From Octopus vulgaris (lineage: Eukaryota), in assembly GCA_951406725.2 (NCBI GenBank), contig OX597820.1, forward strand, positions 13,702,001 to 13,766,000: a stretch of DNA of 64,000 nt, written 5' to 3'. Numbering within the stretch: position 1 is the first letter of the stretch; the number at the start of each line of letters is the position of its first letter. A model generated the notes under the pieces. That model made no database searches. It was not told the DNA's origin and saw nothing but the letters and a program-made list of their open reading frames with translations. Made by a program: the position numbers and the translations under genes. Positions 13,956-26,290 of this stretch are shown piece after piece.

Positions 13956-14519
13956 GCATGTGCAGACTATATAGAAGTAGCAATAACCAGATTAATGAGA
14001 GCGATCATTCTTTTATATAAGCAAGAAGAATACTAGCGCTGTAATTGTTTTAACACTGTCCTTTGTCTTATAACTTAATGTTGCATAGCTGGTGAACATC
14101 TGCACACATTACAGTCTATCGTTGTGTTAAATCCAAAGTACTTACACATCCTTTTCACAAATTGGAAGCATATCCTTTGTGTTCTATTGATCTGTTTGTG
14201 TTTTCAGGAGATACGTGGGTTTCTTGTTGAAATGAAAAGTACTAAAGCATCCTTACATGTATTATGTAACTAAAGTTTTAGTATTTAGTATGCAGTGCTT
14301 TTTTGAAAAATAAAAGACTATATATTGTATTTCAAGGGTTATACTAGAACTTAGAATTGGTTTAAGCTAGTATGCAATTCATTATACTATTTTAACAAAT
14401 TTTGAAATTCTAGCAATGTATCTTTTTATCATTCATTTTTTAATCTTTTACTTGCATCAGTCATTGGACTGTGGCCATGCTGGAGTATTATCATGAAGAG
14501 TTTTAGTCAAACAAATGAT

Positions 14520-14660
14520 TCCTAGAATTTATGGAATTTTGTTTTTTCTTCATTTTTCATTTTTGGATTTGGTTTGCAAGATTCTTTATGTGAGTTTGTG
14601 TGTTGAAGCATATTCTGTTGTGTCTGGGAAGAATCATTTTCTTTTTGTGCCTTTTTGTGT
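14520..14660 (-). mobile_element. Repeat fragment carrying a probable Penelope-like ORF N-terminus
   Basis: 14637 to 14557 reads MILPRHNRICFNTQTHIKNLANQIQK*, 17/26 identical to the peptide rebuilt at 55704-55996. Confidence 0.45.
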
Positions 14661-15760
14661 CTTTTTTTTCTTCTTTGTTTTAAACCTGCCCACCACAACA
14701 GAATTGAGATCCTAAAACCAAGGTGCCATGTAAAAAGCACTGGTGTGGGTACTGGTGCTACATGAAAAATCAATGGTCATGGTGCCACATTAAAAAACCC
14801 CAGGTGGTGGTGCCACATAAAAGGCACCCAGTACATTCCGTTTTAGGCCCACCACCACAACAGAACTGAAATCCTAAAACCAAGGTCTCACATGAAAAGA
14901 ATTGGTGTGGGTGCTGGTGTCAACGAAAAAGTGCCGGTGACATGAAAGATACTCTATGGAGCGGTTGGCATCAAAAAGGGCATCCAGCCATAGAAACCAG
15001 ACCAAAACAGACCAACTGGAACCTGGTTTGACCCCAGACTTTGCCAGTTCCTGCCAAGCTGTCCGACCCATGCCAGCATGGAAAACAGACATTAGATGTT
15101 GTTGATGGTGATGATGATGATAAGTTTGGTACTTATTCTATTCGTCTCTTTTTCCAAACTGCTAAATTATAGGGACATGAACAAACCAACGCCAGTTGCT
15201 GAATCCGCTTTTCAGCACAAACAGCTCTTAAACCAGTGACACAATTGTCGCTGAAGCAACCAGAAGCCAACTGCACTTCAGGTTTGTCATACAAGTTTAC
15301 CTTCTAGAATAAATTTCTGAAGAGAATCAAGAGTCTTTCACTCCCAGATGTCAATTATCATCATCATCATCATCATTTAACGTCCGTTTTCCACGCTAGC
15401 ACGGGTTGGACGGTTCAACCGGGGTCTGGGAAGCCAGAGGGCTGCACCAGGCTCCAGTCTGATCTGGCAGAGTTTCTACAGCTGGATGCCCTTCCTAACG
15501 CCAACCACTCCACGAGTGTAGTGGGTGCTTTTTACGTGCTACCTTCACAGGTGCCAGGGGGGTCCGGCATCGGTCCATATATAATTTAACTCATTGGGAG
15601 GGAGGCCCAAACAGGAGCTACTCCTCTGCATCAGAATAGACCTAGGGAACAATAATGGCTAAGAGGCAGTTCCACACACCTCAAAATCCTGGATCTCTTG
15701 TAACTATATACCTATCTATCTATCTATCTGCCTGTTTATCTATCTATCTCTCTCTGTCTA

Positions 15761-15800
<40 letters not shown>

Positions 15801-16928
15801 CCTATCTGTCTCTAAATGTCTATTTATCTACCTCTCTCTCTTTCTCTCTCTTTCTCTCTCCCTCTCTCTCTCTCTCCCCTCCTTCTCCATGCAATCGGAT
15901 TGTCTTTTTTGACAGAATATGCCAAGATGGCAAACAGTAAATATACTAAAACAAACAAACCACACACAAAAAAAGAAAAACAAAGAGCAAACACTTTTAA
16001 TCAATAATGTATTCTTCGCCTGACTTGACATCTTTTAGCATTGCCAACGATATTGCTTCACCACTTCCATACAGAGAGATCACAGTCACATTGGTGTACC
16101 AACACAGCTAGTGGTTACTGGTGGTGATGGTGGTGATGGTGGTGGTGGTGGTGGCGGCGCTGGTGGTGGTTTTGACGGTGATGGTGACAGTGCTGGTAGT
16201 GGTGACGGTGACAGTGGTGGTGGTGGTGGTTGTGGTTGTGGTGGTGGTGGAGTGCTGATGGTGGTGGTGATGGTGGTGGTGATGGTGATGGTGGTGGTGA
16301 TGGTGGTGGTGGTGGAGTGCTGATGGTGGTGGTGATGGTGGTGGTGATGGTGATGGTGATGGTGGTGGTGGTGTTGATAGTGTTGCTGGTGCCAATGGTG
16401 TTGATGATGATGATGATGATGATGGTGTTGGTAGTGATGGTGGTGGTGGTGTTGCTGGTGCTGGTGATGATGGTAGTGGTAGTGGTGTTGATGGTGGTGG
16501 TGGTGTTGGTGATGGTGGTGGCAGTGGTGGCACTGCTGCTGCTGTTGATGATGATGGTGGTGGTGTTGATGGTGGGGGGAGGGTCGTGCTTATGGTAGTG
16601 CTGATTTTGATAGTGGTGGTGTTGGTGGTGGTGAAAAAAAAAATGGTCATGGAATCTGGTAATACACAAAGCAAAACATACACTCATTATGGATATGTGT
16701 GTATCTGTGTGTGGCAGTGTGTCTTTGTATGTGTGCCCATGTGTATCTGTGAATGTATGTGTGTGTGCGTGTGTGCTCACACATGTGAATAAGGTATTTG
16801 TGTTTGAATGTGGGCTATGCACATATGCATGTTTGTATATTTGTATATATGTGTGTATATATATATATATATATGTATAAATATTTTCAGGATTATATAT
16901 ATATATCTATATATGTATACATATATAG

Positions 16929-16965
<37 letters not shown>

Positions 16966-17123
16966 CATACATACACACACACACACACACACATATATAT
17001 ACACACACATATACACACACATATGTATATACATATATACATACATATATGTATGTATGTATTATATTATTATATATATATACATGCATACACACACACA
17101 CACATATATATATATACATATGT

Positions 17124-17154
<31 letters not shown>

Positions 17155-17337
17155 TGTATATATATACATACATACATACATACACACATTCATATATATA
17201 TATACACATACATACATATATACATATAAAGGGAAAGTTTACGAAAATAAACAAAAGACGAAGGCAGGTGGAGTACAAACAAACAAATGTATTAGTATAG
17301 CGCACGCACACACACACATATATATATACATATATAC

Positions 17338-17385
<48 letters not shown>

Positions 17386-17830
17386 TTCTTCATGTGTTGA
17401 TTTACACACACATTGACACACACATTGACATACATGCACGTACACATTGACACACACACACACACACACGCATCTATGAATATGAGTGTGGTTGCATATT
17501 TCTGCAAATGATATGCACCTGCATGTAGATGTTGTCGAGTAGAAGTAAGAGGTAGATCACAGCTCCCTTCGTTATCTTAAACTGTGTTACTCCATTGAGC
17601 ATGACAGGTGAGGGGCCCTACACTCTGATCAATAATAATCAATTTCATTCTTCATATGGATCTCACACCCACACATATACACACCCATTCACAAAAACCA
17701 ACATACACAACCACAAGTACCTACACTCTCACAAATACACATTTATATATATATATACTTATTTATACATATATGTGTGTGTGTATATATGTATATTTAT
17801 GTATGTGTATATATATATATATATATATAT

Positions 17831-18082
17831 CATCATCATCATCATCATCATCATCATCGTTTAACGTCCGTTTTCCGTGCTAGCACGGGTTGGACGGTTT
17901 CGACCGGGGTCTGGGGAGCTCGGGACTGCCCCAGGCTCCAGTCTAGTCTGGCAGTGTTTCGACAGCTGGATGCCCTTCCTAACGCCAACCACTCCGCGAG
18001 TGTAGTGGGTGTTTTTTACGTGCCACCTGCACAGGTGCCAGAGGGGTCTGGCATCGGCCACGTTCGGACGGTGCTTTTTTAT
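17831..18082 (-). mobile_element. Family B SINE-like copy, young
   Basis: (CAT)n followed by cgtttaacgtccgttttccgtgctagcacgggttggacgg...; near-identical to the 12778 copy. Confidence 0.85.
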
Positions 18083-18169
18083 GTGGGGGGGGTGCAGGAA
18101 TATAGGGGAGCACCAGTGGGGAGGGGTGGTTCAGAGAAATGATGACAGGTTCTAGGCAAGTAGAACGTG

Positions 18170-18258
<89 letters not shown>

Positions 18259-18279
18259 ATATATATGTATGTATGTATG

Positions 18280-18326
<47 letters not shown>

Positions 18327-18641
18327 ATGTATATACATATATGCATGTATGTGTATATATATATATATATATATGGGACAGACCAAAGATCTACTTTACA
18401 GGGTGAATGGGGTGCATTTTATTGTTTCACCTGTACTAGGGAGATAAGTGGCCTGTGGCAGAAATTAAGGGCTGTCTCTGTCCTTCAGTTGATCTTATTT
18501 GGTTTTACTGACCTTAATTTTTTTTATATGTGGACTTTTGTTCAACAGGTGCACATGAGGGCGTATTTGCGTTTGTATGTAAAATGCAGTCACAGGTTAA
18601 TGTTTGTATGTATGTATATGTAGATATGTGTGTGTATGTGT

Positions 18642-18690
<49 letters not shown>

Positions 18691-21491
18691 CCACCATCGT
18701 AGTAGTGGCAGTGGAGGTGGTGGTGGTGGCAGTGGTGTGGCGGTAGCATTGATGATGGTAGTGATGATGATAACAAAAGCAATAGCAACAATGATAATGA
18801 CAATGATGATGATGGTGGTAATGATGATGATGGCGGTGGTGGTGGTGGTGGTGGTGGTGGAGACGTCGGCGGTGGCAGCAGCTGTGGTGGTGGTGGTGGT
18901 GGTGGTAGTGACGATGTTGATTATGGTGATGATGATGATGACGATGGTGATGAGGAGGAGGATGATGATGACGACGATGATGAGGATGTTGATGATGAAA
19001 ATGATGATGATGATGATGATAATGCTAACTTAACTGTCATCCATAAATTCAATAACGAGAGAGAGAGAGAGAGAGAGCAAACACAATAAAAACAAAAGCA
19101 CAAGTAAAGAAAGAAAACAAAAGCTGTTTGGGCAAACAATTTGTTGATGAGGGAGAAGACCATCAAGGAATACAGCAAAACCTTGCATAAACAAACGAGA
19201 TAAAGATGCCTGTCCAGCATCAAGGGCCAATAAATATCAATAATGCCAAAGTCTTGCAGCACGCAATGAAATGGTCAGGTTGGAAGAAGAACAACACTCA
19301 ACTATTAAGCATTCTATTACGTGGGGGGTTGGGGAGGGTTATTGTGGGTGTGTGTAACTGTGTGTGGGTGTGTGTAACTGTGTGCATGAGTGTGGGCAAG
19401 TGTGTATGTGAGTGTGTGTGTGCATGTGTGTGTATGTGTGTGTGTGCATGCGTGTATATGTATGTTTGTGTGAGTGTGTGTATATATGTGTGTGTGTGAG
19501 TGTGCATGTGTGTGTGAGCGTGTGTGTGAGTGTGTGTGAATTCATGTGTGCATATGTGTGTGAGTGCATGCATGTATGTTTGTGTGAGTGTGTGTGTGTG
19601 TGTGAATGCATGTGTACGTGTATGTGTGTGTGAATGTGTGTGTGTGAGTGTGTGTGAGTGCATGCATGTATGTTTGTGTGAGAGTGTATGTGCATGCATG
19701 CACATGTGTATTTTGTGTGTGTGCATGCATGTGTGTACGTGTATGTATGTGTGAGTGTGTGTGCATGCGCATGTGTATTTTGTGTATGCATGTGTACGTG
19801 TGTGAGCGTGTGTGTGTGTGTGTGTATATGTGTTTGTATCTGTGTGCATGAGTGTGGACAAGTGTGTGTGAGCATGTGTGTGAGTGTGTCTGGGTGTGCA
19901 TGCATATATATGTATGTAAGTGTGCATGTGCATGTATGTTTTGTTGTGTGTGCATGCATGTGTGTGTGTGTGTGAAACAAGAAAGGAGCAAATAAGCCAT
20001 GTGGTGAAAAAGAAATGTCTTTTGAAGAATGAACCAATAAAGGAACCAGTACACAACCATTTGACCTGCAAGAAATAGCAGCTAAACATTCCTTCAAACC
20101 ATGTCCTGCTGCTTTAAAAGCCAAAAGGCTTCCTTATTAATATCAAGCAACAAAATGGAAGAATCGTTACTATGCTGGACAAAATTCTTACCAATATTTC
20201 TTCTTGTTCCTTACTTTCTGATTTCAAAGATTGCTGAGGTCAAGTTTACCAGTTCATATTTTTGAGATTGATAAAATAAAGTACCATTTAGGTACCAGAA
20301 TCAATGGAAGCGACTTGCTCCCTCCCTTGTGCCAAAATTAGCAAGAATTAATAATGTAAGTAACAAAGGAATGCTAAAAACATAGCAAGGTTAGTCGGGA
20401 ATGGTAAGGAGGTTTTTTTATGTTTTATTGAAAAAATTCTTCGCATAATGCAACAGGGCCAGGTAAAAAGTGTGAAGACATCTCAGATTTTGTTAGTAAA
20501 TGTAACTGGGATTGATTGTGTGATTAACCCGTAAAGTGCTGGGATTTGCACTTACATAGCATGAACTGCTGAGGACATTTTAAGAAAATGAAACTACCAT
20601 GCACACAAACAAAAAAAAACAAAAAATGGTTAAAATATCTTCTTAGTATATAATGGTGGCAAATTTTACATCATCTGAAGAGTCATTAGTTGAACTATTA
20701 GTCTTCTTGCATTCTGGGGGGTATCAGAGTGTTTGAGTGATATTAAACCCCTACAAACGCCCATAAATTAAATGCATCCATCTGGGCCACGATCGTGGCC
20801 TGTTGCACTTTATATGTTAAGAAGTTCACTTAGCAACTACATGATTTCAGATTCAGTCCCAGTCGGTGGCACCGAGGACTTCTATTATATATCTGGGCTG
20901 ACCAATGGATCATGAGTGAATTTGGTAGATGGAAACTGTAAGGAAGCCTGTCATGTGTGTGTGTTTGTGTGCACACAACAACTGTGTGTTTGTGTTGTGT
21001 TGTGTTGACTTAGAGGTTTGGCAACAGAGAATACAAAAAGTACCAGACTTAAACAAAACATGGGCACTGGGATTGATTTGTTCAACTAAACCCTTCAAGA
21101 TGATTTTTTTAAGGGCAGCCTAATTGGGGTTCCACTGACTCCCCTATTTTTACTGCAATTTAAACTAAATACATGGCATTTGCAACCAAATCGGAACAAT
21201 GAAAATGAATTTCATTCCATGAACTCCAAGGGAGTATCATAAGGAAGTTCCATTTCTGAAGGGCCACTTAAATGGGGCTCCACTGACCTCCCCTATTTTT
21301 ACTGCATTTGCATCATTCCTACGCTGATTGATCAGCATCAGTGCTTAACACATTTGCAGAAATAAGTTTCATTACACAAGGGCAGAGGGCCACAAAATGA
21401 TCTAAAAGTGGGGCCAAAGGCTACAAAGGTGCCCTTCACAAGAGCTAGACTGAATGCTGGCCAAAGGCTAGTCTTAAAACTTCTCCCCAGG

Positions 21492-21890
21492 TGCAGGCAT
21501 AGCAGTGTGGTTGCAACCAAGTGGCTCCAGTTTCAACCCCACTGCATGGTACCATAGGATAGTGTCATTTAATATAGCCCTGGGTAACCAATACCTGGTT
21601 AGTGAATTTGAGAGACAGAAACTGAAAGAAGCCCGTCGTATATATGTATATGTATGTGTATGCGTATGTATATGTTTGTGTGTCTGTGTTTGTCCCCCCA
21701 ACATCGCTTGACAACCAATGCTGGTGTGTTTATGTCCCCGTAACTTAGCAGTTCAGCAAAAAAGACCGATAGAATAAGTACTAGGCTTACAAAGAATAAG
21801 TCCTGGGGTCGATTTGCTCGGCTAAAGGCGGTACTCCAGCATGGCCACAGTCAAATGACTGAAACAAGTAAAAGAGTAAAAGACTAAAAG
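21492..21890 (+). mobile_element. Family A SINE, near full length
   Basis: Head, then aactgaaagaagcccgtcg, internal TA/TG tract, and tail ending gactgaaacaagtaaaagagtaaaaga. Confidence 0.85.
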
Positions 21891-22040
21891 AGTAATCCAT
21901 GCAAGCACAGGAAAATAGATATAAAAAACGATGATGATGATGATGATGATGGCAAAGCAGTCAACATAAAAGAAGTCTTTATCAACATCTTTCCAAAAAA
22001 AATAAAATGCAATATCACACAAGATTTAAAGACGACTTAC

Positions 22041-22210
22041 CTTAAATAATGCCCCATCATCACAGTGCCACACAATTCCTTCGACAGCTCCATTTGGATC
22101 GGACTTCATCCAAGACAAGAAATTCTCTCGTTTCATTTCACTGGTATAACTAACTTTTATGGAACCATGTACGACAAGTATATGAAATGGGAATTTCTTG
22201 CTCCCAAGAC
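22041..22210 (-). CDS. RLIG1: Internal coding exon of RNA ligase 1 (C12orf29 homolog), ATP-dependent 5'-3' RNA ligase
   Basis: Translates (G)LGSKKFPFHILVVHGSIKVSYTSEMKRENFLSWMKSDPNGAVEGIVWHCDDGALFK. This matches my recollection of human C12orf29 (GLGSKKHPLHLLIPHG...LSW...EGIVWHCSDG.L.K). Minus-strand acceptor tttatctttatag at 22211-22212, donor AAG|gtaagt at 22040. Length 170 nt = 2 nt + 56 codons, no stops. Confidence 0.88.
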
Positions 22211-22269
22211 CTATAAAGATAAAAGGATACCTAAAATATAGTTCTGTATTTAAAAGATGAGGTATTATG

Positions 22270-22342
22270 TACATTATTTACATTTGACAGATATTTTGGC
22301 TGATATACCCTCCAGCCTTCATCAGGTGTCTTGGGGAAATTT
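22270..22342 (-). mobile_element. Penelope-like fragment with 5' part of a hammerhead motif (inactive)
   Basis: Reverse complement reads gacac-CTGATGA-aggctg-gagggtatat-cagcc-aaaa followed by a deletion. Homologous to 9055-9093. Confidence 0.6.
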
Positions 22343-22927
22343 TACATACATATATGTATGTATGTCATAATATATAGTGTACATTTAAACACATAAGGAA
22401 TCCACTTGTGGAATTCAACACATTAGAAAGAACAGTTAGGTTCTATAACCACAAAAATTAGGGATGAAATTCAACAGGAACGAAATGAAAAAATAAAAAC
22501 ATTTGACCATCAAGTTTCCTGGACCAATTGGTTTCTGATTTTAGTTTAGCAAGCAAATAAATAATATTTGTATGTATGTATATATACTTTATTTGTGGGT
22601 TAACAAGGCAACCAATTGTTTCATGTGAAAAGAACTTCGCAATTGTTCAAGCATGCCACATTGAAGTGTTGGTACTCATCTCCATTTTGGATGATTATAG
22701 TATGTAAGTATAATATATATGTGCATGCATATGAGTGTGTTCGTGTGTGTGTACATACATATTTTTTTTATTGATTGTCTGACAATATGCTTGCCCTTTA
22801 AACTGCACCTACCGATTGTGTCTGTAGTGTGACGTCATGCATTGCTGATTACTGAAACATATGTAACAATTGGAGTAAAGGAGTACCAAGTTACACCCAT
22901 GTCCTTTCCACTTATTATTATTATTAT

Positions 22928-22958
<31 letters not shown>

Positions 22959-22989
22959 GGTGGTAGTGGTGGTGGTCGTGGTGGTCGTG

Positions 22990-23034
<45 letters not shown>

Positions 23035-23296
23035 CTGCTCTTTGTATTATGTCACAGCCCACCTCAGATATGAACAACCTGTATGTACAAGCAACGGTGG
23101 GTGTTTAATGCGAATAACATTAGAGCTGAAACCACTGGTTTAATTGTCATTAATTGATTTAATTGTCATTCATTGTTCAATTGTCATTAATGTGGTTTAA
23201 TTGTCATTGATTTAATTATCATTAATTGTCATTAAACCAATGTGGTTTAATTGTTGAGAGCATCTAATCATATGTATCTGCATGTGTGTGTGTGAG

Positions 23297-24517
23297 TCTT
23301 TTCTACTATAGATATAAGGCCTGAAATCTGTGGGGAGGGGACTAGTAGATTACATCGACCCCCAGTGCTCAACTGGTACTTATTCAACTGACCCTGAAAG
23401 GATGAAAGGCAAAGTCGACCTCGACAGAATTTGAACTCAGAACAGAAAACCAGAATGAATACCACCAAGTGTTTGTCCAGTGTGCTAACCATTCTACTGG
23501 CTCGACACCTTAATAATAATGATGATAATAATAATAATCCTTTCTACTAAAGACACTAGGCCTGAAATTTTGGGTGGGGACTAGTCAATCGCATCAACCC
23601 CAGTTTTTCACTGGTACTTAAATTATCAAGGCTGAAAGGCAAAGTCAACCTTGGTGGAATTTGAACTCAGAACATAATGAAGGACAAAATACCACAAAGC
23701 ATTTTGCCTGGGGTGCTAACGATTCTGCCAGCTCACCACCTTAATAATGATGATGATGATGATAATGATAATAAGGGACCTTTTGAGCAGGATGGGCTAC
23801 TCGACCTGAAGAAAATTCTTACAGGGCTCCACCTGCAAGGTCATGCACTGTTTATCTTGATATGAGATCACCATGTTGCGCATTTATGGTTGCAATGCAT
23901 GTGCCTGGTGCACCCTTTTTCAGATGGGTAGTCATGATGGGTGTACTGAGCTTCAGATATTTTACCCTAGTGTCACTTTGATGGCATGCACATTGCTCTC
24001 TCATTGAATAACAATAATAATAATAATCCTTTCTACTAAAGGTGAAGGCACATGACTTAGTGGCTAGGGTGTCAGTATCATAATCGTAAGATTGTAGTTT
24101 CAATTCCTGGACCGGGCGACAAGTTGTGTTCTTGAGGAAAAACACTTCATTTCACATTGCTCAAGTCCACTCAGCTGGCAAAAATGAGTAACGCTGCGAT
24201 GGACTGGCGTCCCATCCAGCTGAGGAGCACATACACCATTGAAACTGGGAAACTGGGCCCATGAGCCTGGCTAGGCTTTAAAAAGGGCGCATTTATTATT
24301 ATTATTTCTACTAAAGGTACAAAGCCTGAAATTTTGGGGTAAGGGACTAGTCAATTACATCAACAGCAATGTTTCAATGGTGCTTAATTTATTGACCCAA
24401 AAAGAATGAAAGGGAAAAGTGACCTTGGTAGAATTTGAACTCTGAACATAAAGGTGAATGAAATGCCGCTAAGTATTTTGCCTGGCGTGCTAACAATTCT
24501 GCCATCTCACCACCTTA
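23297..24517. mobile_element. Cluster of (AAT)n-associated family D SINEs (minus), a partial 560-bp element (23776-24007) and a family C SINE (24043-24292, plus)
   Basis: Repeated block actggtactt...gaaaggcaaagtc(g/a)acct...gaatttgaactcagaac separated by aat runs. The family C head is gacttagtggctagggtgtcag...gtttcaattcc. Confidence 0.85.
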
Positions 24518-24528
24518 AAAATGACAAT

Positions 24529-24894
24529 AACAAGAGTACTCAGAGAGCGCAAACCTCCACCAAGGCAACCCCAATGTCCTCTCAATGATTAGCCAGAGAT
24601 GATTTTTAAAATGAGAATATCTAAAAAAAACTTGACTGCTCTCACAAACGAGAATACTAAAAATGAACCTGACCGCTCTCAAAAGTTAAGTAAAAAAAAA
24701 AAACAGGGAAATTAATCCAGAATCCTTGTCCGGTACCGGATCGATCCCAAAATCTTATCAATTCGTGCCAGTCAGAAGATTAAGCATCTCTGAAAGTTTC
24801 ATCCGAATCAATCCAGTGGTTCTTGAGATATCTTGTCCACAGACAAACAAACAAACACAACTGAAAATAATACCTCTGCCCTCACAAAGGTGGA

Positions 24895-24899
<5 letters not shown>
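24529..24899 (-). mobile_element. Non-autonomous Helentron/HINE (DINE-1-like) element
   Basis: Ends are aacaagag... and ...ggaggtaat. Subterminal inverted repeat acctccacc (24553-24561)/ggtggaggt (24889-24897), terminal hairpin tacctctgcc-n8-ggtggaggta, short (ACAA)n near that end, and internal 12-bp palindrome tccggtaccgga (24729-24740). Confidence 0.6.
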
Positions 24900-24957
<58 letters not shown>

Positions 24958-25012
24958 ATACTACTAAGTATTTCACCAGACATGCTAACGATTCTGCCAG
25001 TATTCTGCCTTC

Positions 25013-25047
<35 letters not shown>

Positions 25048-25200
25048 ATTTAAACATTTTCATTAACCTTGAAAGTTATATATATATATTTTTTTTATCT
25101 ATGTTCTTCAAGTGTACCAAATTCTTGTTTCAAAGCAGGAAATTGATGTATTTCTCTAACTATTACTAATAATTAAGATAATGAGAATGACAAAAATAAC

Positions 25201-25252
<52 letters not shown>

Positions 25253-25476
25253 TCATTGTCTTCTTCTTCATCACCGTCGAAATTAAAAAAATAACAAGTG
25301 AGAGATTACATTTTTACAGGTTTTTTTTTTCCCCAAAAAATATTAAGAAAACCAAAACAAATTTAAAAAACAAAAAAAAAATACATTTTTGATACACATT
25401 TCAGATGAGATTAAATGAGATTAAATGCCTGCAGCAGAACATTACAACTGTTGCTATTACTATTATCATCATTATT

Positions 25477-26290
25477 GCTGCTGCTGCTGTTGTTGTTGTT
25501 GTTGTTCTTCTGTCTTATTATTGTTGTTGTTCTTCTTCTTCTTCTTCGTCTTGTTGTTGTTGTTGCTCTTCTTCTTCTTCTGTCTTATTATTGTTGTTGC
25601 TCTTCTTCTTCGTCTTGTTGTTGTTGTTGTTGTTGCTCTTCTTCTTCTTGTCTTATTATTGTTGTTGCTCTTCTTCTTCATCTTCTTGTTGTTGTTGTTG
25701 TTGCTCTTCTTCTTCTTCTGTCTTATTATTGTTGTTGCTCTTCTTCTTCGTCTTGTTGTTGTTGTTGTTGTTGTTGTTGTTGCTCTTCTTCTTCTTCTGT
25801 CTTATTATTGTTGTTGCTCTTCTTCTTCATCTTCTTGTTGTTGTTGTTGTTGCTCTTCTTCTTCTTCTTCTGTCTTATTATTGTTGTTGCTCTTCTTCTC
25901 TTTTGTCTTATTGTTGTTGTTGTTCTTCTTCTTCTTCTGTCTTATTATTGTTGTTGTTCTTCTTCTTCATCTTCTTGTTGTTGTTGTTGTTGCTCTTCTT
26001 CTTCTTCTGTCTTATTATTGTTGTTGCTCTTCTTCTCTTTTGTCTTATTGTTGTTGTTGTTGTTCTTCTTCTTCTGTCTTATTATTGTTGTTGTTCTTCT
26101 TCTTCATCTTCTTGTTGTTGTTGTTGTTGCTCTTCTTCTTCTTCTGTCTTATTATTGTTGTTGCTCTTCTTCTCTTTTGTCTTATTGTTGTTGTTGTTCT
26201 TCTTCTTCTGTCTTATTATTGTTGTTGTTCTTCTTCTTCGTCTTATATTGTTGTTGTTCTTCTTCTTTGTCTTATTATTATTATTGTTGT
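25477..26290. repeat. Higher-order compound trinucleotide repeat (TTG)n-(TTC)n-tgtc-(TTA)n
   Basis: Recurring ~30-70 bp modules such as tctgtcttattattgttgttgctcttcttct. Confidence 0.9.

Noticed and set aside
21111-21306. Two ~47-bp direct repeats 148 bp apart (a similar local duplication lies at 14688/14848)
   Set aside because: Ordinary local duplications with no TSD, PBS or other element hallmarks.
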